Notes: generated by a model not told the origin, from the letters alone. A DNA stretch of 60,598 nt from Candidatus Sulfobium sp. (GCA_037380845.1 JARRRI010000011.1:1-60598), one strand, 5' to 3'; shown: positions 1 through 9,967, counted from the first letter of the stretch. Made by a program: numbers and translations.

Positions 1-50
1 CCGATGATAAATAATAAATTATTAGATGCCCTCATCATTCGAACTTCAAC

Positions 51-79
51 TTGACAGGAACGTCTTCTGTGGCAATAAT
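51..79 (+). promoter_or_regulatory. sigma70-type promoter upstream of riboswitch 1
   Basis: TTGACA-17 nt-AATAAT. Confidence 0.7.
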
Positions 80-94
80 AAGACCGAATAAAGG

Positions 95-191
95 CTCTCT
101 CGACAAAGCCGAACCCTCCGCGAGGAGGGGGCGGAAAGCGGCGGGTCTTCAGTAGAGTTATACGTTCAGGAGACGGCCGAGCTGCCAGAGG
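95..191 (+). ncRNA. GEMM-I (c-di-GMP-I / cGAMP family) riboswitch aptamer 1
   Basis: cgacaaagccgaacc-ctcc GCGA ggag-ggggcggaaagc..gggtct...agacggcc..gctgcc matches GEMM-I architecture: P2 with GNRA loop, GGAAAGC junction, P3; G at the position-20 equivalent (108). Confidence 0.85.
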
Positions 192-221
192 ATGAACTTT
201 GGCGGTTCGGCCTTTTCATTT
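176..221 (+). terminator. intrinsic terminator overlapping aptamer 1 (expression platform)
   Basis: ggccgagctgccagag / ctttggcggttcggcc stem followed by ttttcattt. Confidence 0.75.
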
Positions 222-282
222 GGGGGTGGAAGTCCGCTTTGAATTTACCCCCGGTGCAATGGCGTGAAGACGGAGGACGCGC

Positions 283-1617
283 GGGTCTGGTTCTGATCGG
301 CTTACACTGGAAGACGGTTCAAATGTTGCAGTCATAGGAGGTGGGCCAACAGGTTCCTTCTTCAGTATCTTTGCGCTTAAGATGGCGAAGATGATGGGCA
401 AGGAAATCGCGGTCAGCATATTCGAGCCGAAGGACTTCACTAAAGATGGTCCGGGGGGCTGTAACAGGTGCGGCGGGATAATCTCGGAACTCCTCGTGCA
501 AACACTGGCAGTGGAGGGCGTAAATCTTCCGGATTCCGTAGTCCGGAAGGGCGTCAATTCCTACCGGCTCCATACAGATCATGGTAGTGTTTTTATCGCC
601 ACCCCTTCTCTGGAGAAGACCATAGCCACCGTTTACAGGGGGGGCGGTCCCAGAGGGACAATCGGGGAAGAAAAGGAGAGCTTTGACAAATTTCTTCTTA
701 ATCAGGCGATTCAGGAAGGTGCTGTCCACAAAACCGTCCGCATAGACCGCATAGAATATAGAGACGATAAACCCTTACTGTTCTCGAAAAACCTTGAAGT
801 CATGCCGGCTGATCTCGTGGTGGGCGCTTTCGGTGTAAACAGCAGTTCAGGAAAAATGTTCGAAGACCTCGGCTTCGGCTACAGGGAACCGAGCAATATT
901 AGTGCAGCCATAGCGGAGATCAGCATGAACGAGGATGTCGTAGCAGAGCATTTCGGCAATTCGATCCAGCTTTTTCTCCTTCCAGACAAGGGAATAAAGT
1001 TTGGAGCAATGATACCGAAAGGCCCCTACGTAACCCTATGCATATTGGGGACCGAAATAGGGGCTCAAACCGTTCCTGATTTCATGGAAAAACCTGTAGT
1101 CAAGGGTGTTCTGCCGCATTCTGCCCCATATTCTGTAGCGTGCCGCTGCCTGCCGAAAATGAACGTCGGCGCTCCGAAGATACCATTCGCAGACAGGATC
1201 GTTCTTTGCGGGGATGCGGGTTCCACGAGACTTTTCAAGGACGGTCTGGGTGCAGCCTACATTATGGGGAAAGCAGCCGCGAAGACCGCGGTATTTGAAG
1301 GGGTAGGAGCTCGCGATTTCGAAAAGAATTACATGCCTGTTTACAGGAGCATCGTATTCGACAATTATTTCGGCCGGTTTCTCTATTTTGTTATCGACCG
1401 TTACAGAAAGACAGCGATGCTCACAAAGGCGATGCTGAAGGTCGTCGAAAAGGAGCAGCACGATCCGATGAACGGCAAAATACTGAGTTCCATTCTCTGG
1501 GACATGTTCACGGGAAATGAAAGATATAAGAACGTATTTTTCAAATCAGCTAAGATCAGAATGCACATAGATATGTGGGAGGGGTTGATAAAAAGTCTTG
1601 TCGGAGGGGAAAAATGA
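283..1617 (+). CDS. FAD-dependent oxidoreductase (geranylgeranyl-reductase-like); start uncertain
   Basis: In-frame Rossmann motif VAVIGGGPTG lies upstream of the track's ATG382; CNRCGG motif; GDAG second FAD motif. Confidence 0.75.
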   Translation, partial: GSGSDRLTLEDGSNVAVIGGGPTGSFFSIFALKMAKMMGKEIAVSIFEPKDFTKDGPGGCNRCGGIISELLVQTLAVEGVNLPDSVVRKGVNSYRLHTDHGSVFIATPSLEKTIATVYRGGGPRGTIGEEKESFDKFLLNQAIQEGAVHKTVRIDRIEYRDDKPLLFSKNLEVMPADLVVGAFGVNSSSGKMFEDLGFGYREPSNISAAIAEISMNEDVVAEHFGNSIQLFLLPDKGIKFGAMIPKGPYVTLCILGTEIGAQTVPDFMEKPVVKGVLPHSAPYSVACRCLPKMNVGAPKIPFADRIVLCGDAGSTRLFKDGLGAAYIMGKAAAKTAVFEGVGARDFEKNYMPVYRSIVFDNYFGRFLYFVIDRYRKTAMLTKAMLKVVEKEQHDPMNGKILSSILWDMFTGNERYKNVFFKSAKIRMHIDMWEGLIKSLVGGEK

Positions 1618-2480
1618 AGGAAGGCGAACTGGGAAAGGTCTACCATGACGGAGAGATCATCTTCAGGGAAGGTGAAAAGGGAGAGGTAATGTATGTGGTT
1701 CAGTCCGGCAAGGTGAGGATTACCAGGGAAAGTACATCGGGAGAACTCACCCTCGGCGTTCTCCAAGGCGGCGCAATCTTCGGAGAAATGGCCCTTTTCG
1801 ACAAGTTGCCGCGCTCTGCAACCGCCGTTGCCTCGGGAGATGCCAGGGTCCTTTCGGTTGACAGGAAGAAGCTCTTTCCCACCATCAGTAAGGACCCGAC
1901 TTTGCTCTTTAAGATACTCGAAACGATGAGTCAGAGGATAAGGGGACTTGATGACGAGATCGGAAAATTGAAAAAGCAGCGATCGGACGTGGTAGCGGTC
2001 TGTGCGAATATTGAGCAGATGGGCCACAGGATACTTGAAGGAGCACGCAATATTATAGACGCTGACAGCGGCTCCTTAATGCTTCTTGATGAAAAAGAAG
2101 AGTATCTTTCGGTCAAGGCGGCTTTCGGACCTGAATCGGATACAAAAATCAGGCTGAAGATCGGAGAGGGGATTGCCGGTAAAGTCCTGAAAACCGGGCT
2201 GGCCGAACTGGTAAATAATGCCTCGGACGATCCGCGTTTTCTGCCCGGGGCAAAGAAGGTAACCTCAATGCTCTGCGTCCCGATCGGATGTGAAGGGCGG
2301 AATTTCGGAGTGATCAATATGAGCACTGCGGCCCAAAAATCTTTCAGTGCAAATGATCTGAAATTGCTTTGTACGCTGGCCGTTTACGCGTCCATGGCGA
2401 TCGAAAGCGAGCTGAATTTTTTTAATCTGAAGAATGCTACCGATGATCTTCTGAGACATGCGACTATGTTGGAGGCCTGA
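1614..2480 (+). CDS. cyclic nucleotide-binding domain + GAF domain protein
   Basis: IFREGEKG..FGEMALFDKLPRSATA cNMP cassette; GEGIAGKV..DDPRF..LCVPI GAF signature; ATGA overlap with upstream gene. Confidence 0.88.
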   Translation: MKEGELGKVYHDGEIIFREGEKGEVMYVVQSGKVRITRESTSGELTLGVLQGGAIFGEMALFDKLPRSATAVASGDARVLSVDRKKLFPTISKDPTLLFKILETMSQRIRGLDDEIGKLKKQRSDVVAVCANIEQMGHRILEGARNIIDADSGSLMLLDEKEEYLSVKAAFGPESDTKIRLKIGEGIAGKVLKTGLAELVNNASDDPRFLPGAKKVTSMLCVPIGCEGRNFGVINMSTAAQKSFSANDLKLLCTLAVYASMAIESELNFFNLKNATDDLLRHATMLEA

Positions 2481-2529
2481 TAATAATAAATTCCTTATAT
2501 TCGGTTGGCATCATAATCATAATTAGAGA

Positions 2530-2558
2530 TTGACAAAAAAGTATTCTCGTGATAGATT
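2530..2558 (+). promoter_or_regulatory. sigma70-type promoter upstream of riboswitch 2
   Basis: TTGACA-17 nt-TAGATT. Confidence 0.65.
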
Positions 2559-2560
2559 AC

Positions 2561-2643
2561 AGCTCGATAAAGCTAAACCTTTCGTGAGAAGGGGACAGAA
2601 AGCAACGGATCTTGGGAAAAAGATGGCCGTGCTGCCGAAAGTT
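2561..2643 (+). ncRNA. GEMM-I (c-di-GMP-I / cGAMP family) riboswitch aptamer 2
   Basis: tcgataaagctaaacc-tttc GTGA gaag-gggacagaaagcaacggatctt...aagatggccgtgctgccga; G at the position-20 equivalent (2572). Confidence 0.88.
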
Positions 2644-2674
2644 AAACAACCCGGCAGCACGGCCGTAATTTTTT
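2623..2674 (+). terminator. intrinsic terminator overlapping aptamer 2
   Basis: perfect 13-bp ggccgtgctgccg / cggcagcacggcc stem followed by a T run. Confidence 0.8.
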
Positions 2675-3187
2675 CGGGAGACTGTTACAGGGGGGAAGGA
2701 CAGACTGGTGCTCTGCGGAAGTTCATTGGAGGCTTTCGCTTCTTTTGCCTTCTTCGTCCGCCGGTCATCCGTGAAAGAAATACTTCTGTTCTGTATTGAA
2801 GGACTGGAACTTTTGGATCCAGTGGCATAAAGAAGGTAAAAGCGTATCCGAATAAATCCCGGGGGGGTATTCGATGTTACGAGAAGACGTATTTCCTCAG
2901 CTAATTTATCGCGGCAGTCCCACTGCCCCTTTCTTCTTGTTATTTTCCGAGTTCTTCCCTAACTGTAAGTTTTTTGTTACCTCCGGTGAGGTAAAGTCGA
3001 AATGCGGGCGAGCGTACCCGCTGATCATCGGGGATTCATCGCCTTTGGTTGCGAGAAATAGAACCTTGCAAAGTTCTGTCTTAACAATAGCGAAAGGAGG
3101 GATCAAGTCCGGATGGAGGGGAGTGGCATGAAGAACCATTTTAAGAATTTGATTGCATCTCAAAAAAGAGGAGATAAGGAGGAGATT

Positions 3188-4075
3188 ATGAAAAGAGGAA
3201 AACAAATAGGTCTTTTGTTCATGGCGACGGTTGCCGTAGTCCTGTCCCTGGCAGCGACACAGGCCGGGGCACAATGCACTGCCGAGGAACTAAGTGCTTC
3301 CACTTGTTTTGTAACAGGCGGTTACGAAGTGAGGACTGTCGCACCATTATTTCCGGTTCAGAATCCTGACAGCACCACGACATTCAATTATACCGTGACT
3401 CCTGTGAGTACTTCCAAAAATATAAGCATGATTGATATGCTCGTGCCAATCTGTAGTGTCAATAACGCGATCCAAACGGCCACCGGAGACCCAAATGGGT
3501 GGGGGTCTTATGGAGATCCATATGTCGGGCAGACAAAGGGATCAGGGTCACCAAGCACCGGATTCGGGCTGGGTAACATGCAGTACTTCGTCTTTGAGCA
3601 AAACTTCGACAGCAGCGGCACATTCTATATCCATACAACAAAGGCGGCATCCCAACCTACATCGATGGCACTGAAGATCGGCAATACACTGTATGCCGGT
3701 TCCATCCTGGGGCCAGCCTGCTATGACGCCGGCGTGGGCAGCACAGTCTCTCAGGAGTTCGCGGTAGATCCTTTAGTGCACCCCGGCGTCAAGTTGAAGG
3801 TTGAAAAACAGTCGAATGGCAACATTATCAGTGTCACGGCAACGGACAAAGATGGACAGCCGCTGCCGGTGACGACTCTAAGTCTCAAGGACTATCCGTA
3901 CTGGGTCTGCCTCGATGCGGATTGGCATTATTCGAACGGCATACCAGTCTACGACGGCTGCAATGGTGATCTTTCACCTGTAACCCACATACCCGAAGGT
4001 GCGTTTCTCAAGTTTGGGAATAGTTCCTGGATCAGTTACACCATCGGGGGGACGACCTATGTGATCTGGATCTGA
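3188..4075 (+). CDS. secreted beta-rich hypothetical protein
   Basis: GGAGGAG RBS; signal peptide MKRGKQIGLLFMATVAVVLSLAATQAGA; Ser/Thr/Gly-rich with several Cys. Confidence 0.75.
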   Translation: MKRGKQIGLLFMATVAVVLSLAATQAGAQCTAEELSASTCFVTGGYEVRTVAPLFPVQNPDSTTTFNYTVTPVSTSKNISMIDMLVPICSVNNAIQTATGDPNGWGSYGDPYVGQTKGSGSPSTGFGLGNMQYFVFEQNFDSSGTFYIHTTKAASQPTSMALKIGNTLYAGSILGPACYDAGVGSTVSQEFAVDPLVHPGVKLKVEKQSNGNIISVTATDKDGQPLPVTTLSLKDYPYWVCLDADWHYSNGIPVYDGCNGDLSPVTHIPEGAFLKFGNSSWISYTIGGTTYVIWI

Positions 4076-4104
4076 TTATTCCGCTCAAGACCCGACCGGA
4101 GAAA

Positions 4105-4136
4105 GCCGGGACAGGGCCGAAAACGGTCCTCTCCCG
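4105..4136 (+). terminator. hairpin after secreted-protein gene
   Basis: ccgggacagggccg-aaaa-cggtcctctcccgg; weak U tail. Confidence 0.4.
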
Positions 4137-4170
4137 GACACCTCTTATCTCGATTGATTGGTGAAATTAT

Positions 4171-6468
4171 TTGAGCAATAGAGAAAACAAGAGCGCAATC
4201 GGCGGCAAAAAGTCCAGACTGTTTAAAGCAATAGTACTGGGCCTTCTTATGGGGATAATTGGGTTGGCGGTAAGTCCCCTGCATTCCATGCTTGCCCTTG
4301 AGGAAAATGTTGGTATGGGCCTGTTGTTCAAAATGAGGGGAGCCCGACAGGCTCCGCCCGATGCCGTCGTAGTTAGCATAGACAAAGAATCTTCCGAAAA
4401 ACTCAACCTGCCCGACAATCCCGATAAGTGGCCTCGTTCACTCCATGCCCGCCTGGCTGAAACTCTGGCCAGAAAAGGAGCCGGGGTCATCGCATTCGAC
4501 GTACATTTCATAGAGCCCCGTTCCGCCGGAGACGACGCTTTATTCGCCCAGGCGCTTAGGAAGGCCGGGAACGTCGTTCTTTGTGAGCCGCTCAAAATGA
4601 AGGAAGTTCCGCTTTCCGAGGGGCGCGAGTATGATGATACGGCAAGCCATAATATCGTGAAGGTGGTGCCTCCGATTGAACTCTTTACCCGCGCCGCCGC
4701 AGCGATAGCGCCCTTTACTCTCCCAAGGATACCATTCAAGGTAAGCCAGTACTGGACATTCGAGACAGGGGCGGGAGATTCGCCCACGATGCCGGCAGTG
4801 GCGCTCCAACTTTTCACTGCTCAGGCGTACGGGGACTTCATTCACCTGTTGCAAAAAGCGAGTCCGGAGCGAGCGGGAAAACTGCCTCGTGATATCAAAA
4901 CAGCCCGTGAGACAATCGGCATCAAGGGGCTGATGAAGCAGATAAGGGCGATTTTCGAAAGAGACCCCTTCATTGAAAAGAACATGGCTAAAGAATTGGA
5001 GAGTTCGGAGTACCGGTTCGGTGATCTGAAAAGCCGACGACTGGTCGAATCCCTGATAAGAATGTACGGGGGCGGCAACAGCCGATTCATAGATTTCTAC
5101 GGGCCGCCCGGTACCGTGACTACAGTGCCATACTTCCAGGCGCTCGAAACCGGAGAAAAGAAGGCCGGCGACAAACAGATAGATTTTAAGGGAAAAGCAG
5201 TCTTTGTCGGGCTCTCCGAAGTATTGCTGGCAGAAAGAAAAGACAGCTTTTATACCGTTTTTTCCAGGGCGAACGGCACATTTATCGGCGGGGTGGAGAT
5301 TATGGCCACTGCGTTCCTGAACCTGCTGACAGATACGCCCATGAAGCCCCTTGGCACTCGCTCCTACATCCTTCTCATTTTCCTCTGGGGTACCCTGATA
5401 GGGATAGTCTGCCGGGTATTTCCAGTCGGGTATGCAGCAGTGGCTACGGTTGGCCTGGGCATTCTTTATCTGATTGCTGCGGAGTATCAGTTCAAGACCA
5501 GCAACACCTGGTACCCTGTCGTTATCCCTCTTTTTTTACAGGCCCCGGTCGCTTTTTTTGGGGCCGTAATCTGGGATTATATTGAAACAAACAAGGAACG
5601 CCAGAATATCAAAAAGGCGTTTGAGTACTACCTTCCCAAAGACGTGGTGGGTCAGTTATCGAAAGACATCGCTCATATCAAGACAGGCAGTCAGGTCGTC
5701 CACGGAGTTTGCCTATTTACGGATGTGGCAGAATACACCTCCCTGTGTGAGACTATGGGGCCAAGGGAACTGGGAATATTCATGAATAAATACTACGAAA
5801 CTTTGTTCCGGCCCGTGAAACAGCACGATGGATTTGTTTCAGGCATAATCGGCGACGCCATGCTGGCGTTATGGGTGTCGGCAGGCAGTGAGACCGCCCT
5901 CAGAGGAAAGGCATGTTCGGCGGCGCTTGACATCAACATGGAATTGCAGCGGTTTGATCAGTCGCCCGGTTGTGAAAAGCTCAAGACCCGCATAGGCCTG
6001 CACTGCGGTCAGATTTTCCTGGGCCATGTCGGCGCTCTGGACCACTATGAATATACCCCAATGGGAGATATTGTCAACACTGCATCAAGGATCGAAGGGC
6101 TCAACAAATACCTGGGCACCAGCGTGCTGGTGTCGGAAGAGATTGTCGACAGCCTTCATGGTTTCCTGATCAGGGAGGTTGGAAAGTTCAGATTAAAGGG
6201 AAAGGCCAAACCAATCGTGGCTTATGAACTCATGGGCCTCAGGGAATCAAGTGAAGAAAAACAGAAAATGTCCTGTGATGTCTTTGCGGAGGCGCTGAGG
6301 GCTTTCAGAAGCCATTCGTGGGACGCTGCGAAAGAAAACTTCAGCCGGGTCATCGAAATCCTCGGTGAAGACGGGCCATCTTTGTTTTATCTGGGACTGT
6401 GCGATCGTTACAAGGAGAATCAGCCCGCGGAATCATGGGACAAAATAGTTGAAATGGGGAGCAAGTAG
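4171..6468 (+). CDS. CHASE2-domain class III nucleotidyl (adenylate/guanylate) cyclase
   Basis: CHASE2 motifs (VVVSID, WPR, IAFD, GVEI), TM helices, cyclase motifs FTD, GDA, RIGLHCG, GDIVNTASRIEG, LKGK. Confidence 0.92.
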   Translation: MSNRENKSAIGGKKSRLFKAIVLGLLMGIIGLAVSPLHSMLALEENVGMGLLFKMRGARQAPPDAVVVSIDKESSEKLNLPDNPDKWPRSLHARLAETLARKGAGVIAFDVHFIEPRSAGDDALFAQALRKAGNVVLCEPLKMKEVPLSEGREYDDTASHNIVKVVPPIELFTRAAAAIAPFTLPRIPFKVSQYWTFETGAGDSPTMPAVALQLFTAQAYGDFIHLLQKASPERAGKLPRDIKTARETIGIKGLMKQIRAIFERDPFIEKNMAKELESSEYRFGDLKSRRLVESLIRMYGGGNSRFIDFYGPPGTVTTVPYFQALETGEKKAGDKQIDFKGKAVFVGLSEVLLAERKDSFYTVFSRANGTFIGGVEIMATAFLNLLTDTPMKPLGTRSYILLIFLWGTLIGIVCRVFPVGYAAVATVGLGILYLIAAEYQFKTSNTWYPVVIPLFLQAPVAFFGAVIWDYIETNKERQNIKKAFEYYLPKDVVGQLSKDIAHIKTGSQVVHGVCLFTDVAEYTSLCETMGPRELGIFMNKYYETLFRPVKQHDGFVSGIIGDAMLALWVSAGSETALRGKACSAALDINMELQRFDQSPGCEKLKTRIGLHCGQIFLGHVGALDHYEYTPMGDIVNTASRIEGLNKYLGTSVLVSEEIVDSLHGFLIREVGKFRLKGKAKPIVAYELMGLRESSEEKQKMSCDVFAEALRAFRSHSWDAAKENFSRVIEILGEDGPSLFYLGLCDRYKENQPAESWDKIVEMGSK

Positions 6469-6529
6469 AAGAATTTTAACATAAAAAAAGACAGGGATGA
6501 TGAAAAAATATGGCTAAAAGGAGGGTGTT

Positions 6530-9500
6530 ATGCGAATATCTTTACGTTTCCTGAGCTTTATGGTATGTGCAGTCTTCGGACTGGTTCTGCTGCGGCCAGG
6601 CAATTCTTTGGCGGAAACTTGCGAAAAACCGGTCGCAAAAGTAGTATCTGTGCAAGGGACCGTGCAGGTAAAAAGGGCTGGTGGTACTCAGTGGCAGCAG
6701 GTCAAATTAAACGAATCGTATTGCCCCGGGGACGTGATTCAGGTAGGGGAAAAGAGCCGGGCGGACGTTGCACTGATAAACCAACCCGTTCTTCATCTTG
6801 ATCAGAACAGTGTAATCACCCTCGGAGGAATGAAAGATGAACGGACATCTCTCATATCGCTGATCAAGGGGGCCGCTCACTTCTTCAGCCGTGTCACCCG
6901 GGGGCTTGAGGTGCAGACTGCCTTCGTAAATGCAGGTGTCGAAGGGACAGAGTTTTTCATAAGGGTTAAGGAAGGCAAGACCGTCCTTTCAGTCTTTGAA
7001 GGAAAAGTCCTGGCCTCCAACCCAGCAGGGCGCCTTGCGATCACCAGCGGCCAATCAGCAGTTGCCGAGGAAGGGAAGGCCCCTGTTCCACTTGTTGTGA
7101 TACACCCCAGGGACGCGGTACAGTGGGCGCTTTATTATCCTCCTGTGATCTATTATCGTCCCGATCAATTTCAGGCCGGCCCTGCGGCAAGCTGGGAAGA
7201 GATGGTAAGGAAATCTCTTGAGTTTTACTGGAAAGGCGACCTGAAGGGTGCATTTTCGAGTATCGAGAAAGCCCCCGGCGATATTCGTGATCCGCGCTTT
7301 TTCATCTACCGGGCGGCGCTGCTGCTTACCGTCGGGCGCGTTGACGAGTCCGAGACCGATATCCGGAGGGCGCTCAGCCTGGCCCCAGGGAACAGCGATG
7401 CCTTTGCGCTTCAGTCTATAATTTACGTTGTAAGGAACAAAAAGGAGAAGGCCCTTGACCTGGCGCATAAAGCGGTGGAGGCCGCACCGGATTCCGCGAC
7501 AGCGAGAGTAGCTCTTTCTTATGCTCAGCAGGCCGACTTTGACCTGAAGGGGGCGCTGAAGAGCCTGCAGGATGCCGTAAAACTGGAGCCCGGCAACGCA
7601 CTGGCATGGGCGAGACTGTCTGAGCTGTGGCTTTCATTCGGTGAACTTAAGAAAGCCCAGACTTCAGCACAGAAGGCGGTTGCCCTGAACCCCGACATTT
7701 CGAGGACACAGACTGTTCTGGGCTTCGCGTTTCTGACCGAGATAAAGATCAGGCAATCACAGAAGGCGTTTGAGAGGGCAATCGAGCTGGATCAGGCTGA
7801 CCCGCTCCCCAGACTCGGTCTTGGCCTGTCACAGATCCGTGAAGGGGATCTGAAAGAAGGTGCAAGGGAAATCGAGATTGCAGCAAGTCTCGACCCCGAC
7901 AATTCACTGATCCGTAGTTATCTGGGGAAAACCTATTTTGAGGAGAAAAAAGAGAAATTGTCGTCGGAGGAGTATGGCATAGCCAAGCAACTGGACCCTG
8001 AAGATCCGACCCCTTTCTTCTACGATGCCATCCTGGAGCAGACCACGAACAAACCGGTTGAGGCCTTACACGATGTCCAAAAGGCGATTGAACTGAATGA
8101 CAACCGGGCGGTCTACCGTTCCAAGCTCCTGTTGGATGCTGATCTTGCCGCGCGGAGCGCAAGCCTTGCCCGTATTTATACCGATCTCGGCTTCCAGCAG
8201 CTTGCTCTTGTTGAGGGATGGCAATCAGTCAACACCGACCCGGCCGATTTCTCCGGCCACAGGTTCCTGGCCGACAGTTACACCGCCCTGCCCCGCCACG
8301 AGATAGCACGGGTCAGCGAACTCCTCCAGTCTCAGCTCCTCCAGCCGATTAATATTACTCCCATTCAGCCGCAGCTTGCGGAAAGCAACCTGTTCGTTAT
8401 AAGCGGCGGGGGACCTGCCGAACTCTCTTTTAACGAGTTCAATCCTTTGTTCAACGGGAACCGGCTGGCGCTGCAAATGAACGGAATCGCCGGGTCGCAT
8501 GACACTGTTGGCGAAGAGGCTGTCGCGTCCGGCATTTACAACAATGCTTCTTTCAGCGTCGGCCAGTTTTACTATAAGACGGATGGATATCGGGAAAACG
8601 ATGACGTCAAGGACACAATTGATAACGCATTTTTTCAGTACAGCCTGACGCCCGAGACGAGTATTCAGGCGGAATACAGATACAGAGATACTCAAAAAGG
8701 TGATCCCACACTCAGATTCTTCCAGGATGACTTCCTGCCCAACGAGAGACAGGTAGACAGAACCAACTCGGTTCGCCTGGGTTTCCATCACTCATTCTCT
8801 CCGGGGTCCGAGCTCATCGGCAACTTCATGTATCAGCATGCAGACCGAAGTGTGAACGATATACCTGATCCTGTAACGTTCCCGTCGCTTGCTATAAAAA
8901 ACAGTGAAAAGGCTTATAGCTCGGAACTTCAACATTTGTTCAGTTCCAGATACATCAAGACTATCATCGGAGCAGGATATTTCAAGATCGACTCAAAAGA
9001 CGTAATCAGCACGGAATTACTCATACCAGCGGTGGTGTTAGGTCTTGATCCTTTACTGGGTCTTGTGCCCGTTAAGTCCTCCACCGACAGCCCGAGGGAT
9101 GTCCGTCATTACAATCTCTACTTGTATTCCTACATCGATATTGTTAAAAATGTGACATTCAATGTCGGGGGAAGCGCCGACTTTTTTAAACGACAGCTCC
9201 CAAATGGTGATTTTGACGACAAGAACCAGTTCAATCCAAAATTGGGGATCACCTGGAACCCCGTTCCGGACACCACACTTCGCGCCGCCGTATTCAGGGC
9301 CTTGAAGAGGACGCTTATTACCGACCAGACTCTTGAACCGACTCAGGTGGCCGGCTTCAATCAGTTCTTTGATGATGAAAACGGAACAGAGTCGTGGAAC
9401 TACGGCATAGCCGTCGATCAAAAATTCTCCAGGAGTATTTACGGCGGAGCCGAATATCACCTCAGAAACCTGAAAACTCCCTTTGTAGAAAGTGCCGGAG

Positions 9501-9967
9501 ACGTGATTGAACTGAGGAAAGTCGGCTGGCATGAACACGTCGGCCGTGGATACGTATTCTGGACAGCGTATAAATGGCTGGCGCTGACTGCGGAATATAT
9601 GTATGAGAGACTTGAAAGGGACAAAGACTTCGCTAACGGAGCGAGAAACGTCGAGACTCACGAGGTTCCCCTGGGAGTCAATTTTTTTCATCCCTCCGGA
9701 TTCAGTGCAGGGCTGAAAGCGACTTACATACACCAGCAAGGAAGTTTTGAGCGGCAAGGGAACCTTCGTATCTTTGAAGACGGTGCAGATCAGTTCTGGC
9801 TGTTTGACGCCGCGATCAGTTATCGGCTTCCGAAACGCCTGGGTTTCGTCACCGTAGGGGGGAAGAACCTGTTTGACAGATCATTCCAATTTTTTGATTC
9901 AGACCCCACGAATCCGAAAATACAACCGAGGAGGTTCCTTTTTGCACGGGTAACATTATCATTCTGA
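6530..9967 (+). CDS. FecR-domain / TPR / TonB-dependent-receptor-like outer-membrane protein
   Basis: signal peptide; FecR motif (AGVEGTEF); several TPRs; C-terminal barrel with NPKLG, NLFD and terminal Phe. Confidence 0.88.
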   Translation: MRISLRFLSFMVCAVFGLVLLRPGNSLAETCEKPVAKVVSVQGTVQVKRAGGTQWQQVKLNESYCPGDVIQVGEKSRADVALINQPVLHLDQNSVITLGGMKDERTSLISLIKGAAHFFSRVTRGLEVQTAFVNAGVEGTEFFIRVKEGKTVLSVFEGKVLASNPAGRLAITSGQSAVAEEGKAPVPLVVIHPRDAVQWALYYPPVIYYRPDQFQAGPAASWEEMVRKSLEFYWKGDLKGAFSSIEKAPGDIRDPRFFIYRAALLLTVGRVDESETDIRRALSLAPGNSDAFALQSIIYVVRNKKEKALDLAHKAVEAAPDSATARVALSYAQQADFDLKGALKSLQDAVKLEPGNALAWARLSELWLSFGELKKAQTSAQKAVALNPDISRTQTVLGFAFLTEIKIRQSQKAFERAIELDQADPLPRLGLGLSQIREGDLKEGAREIEIAASLDPDNSLIRSYLGKTYFEEKKEKLSSEEYGIAKQLDPEDPTPFFYDAILEQTTNKPVEALHDVQKAIELNDNRAVYRSKLLLDADLAARSASLARIYTDLGFQQLALVEGWQSVNTDPADFSGHRFLADSYTALPRHEIARVSELLQSQLLQPINITPIQPQLAESNLFVISGGGPAELSFNEFNPLFNGNRLALQMNGIAGSHDTVGEEAVASGIYNNASFSVGQFYYKTDGYRENDDVKDTIDNAFFQYSLTPETSIQAEYRYRDTQKGDPTLRFFQDDFLPNERQVDRTNSVRLGFHHSFSPGSELIGNFMYQHADRSVNDIPDPVTFPSLAIKNSEKAYSSELQHLFSSRYIKTIIGAGYFKIDSKDVISTELLIPAVVLGLDPLLGLVPVKSSTDSPRDVRHYNLYLYSYIDIVKNVTFNVGGSADFFKRQLPNGDFDDKNQFNPKLGITWNPVPDTTLRAAVFRALKRTLITDQTLEPTQVAGFNQFFDDENGTESWNYGIAVDQKFSRSIYGGAEYHLRNLKTPFVESAGDVIELRKVGWHEHVGRGYVFWTAYKWLALTAEYMYERLERDKDFANGARNVETHEVPLGVNFFHPSGFSAGLKATYIHQQGSFERQGNLRIFEDGADQFWLFDAAISYRLPKRLGFVTVGGKNLFDRSFQFFDSDPTNPKIQPRRFLFARVTLSF

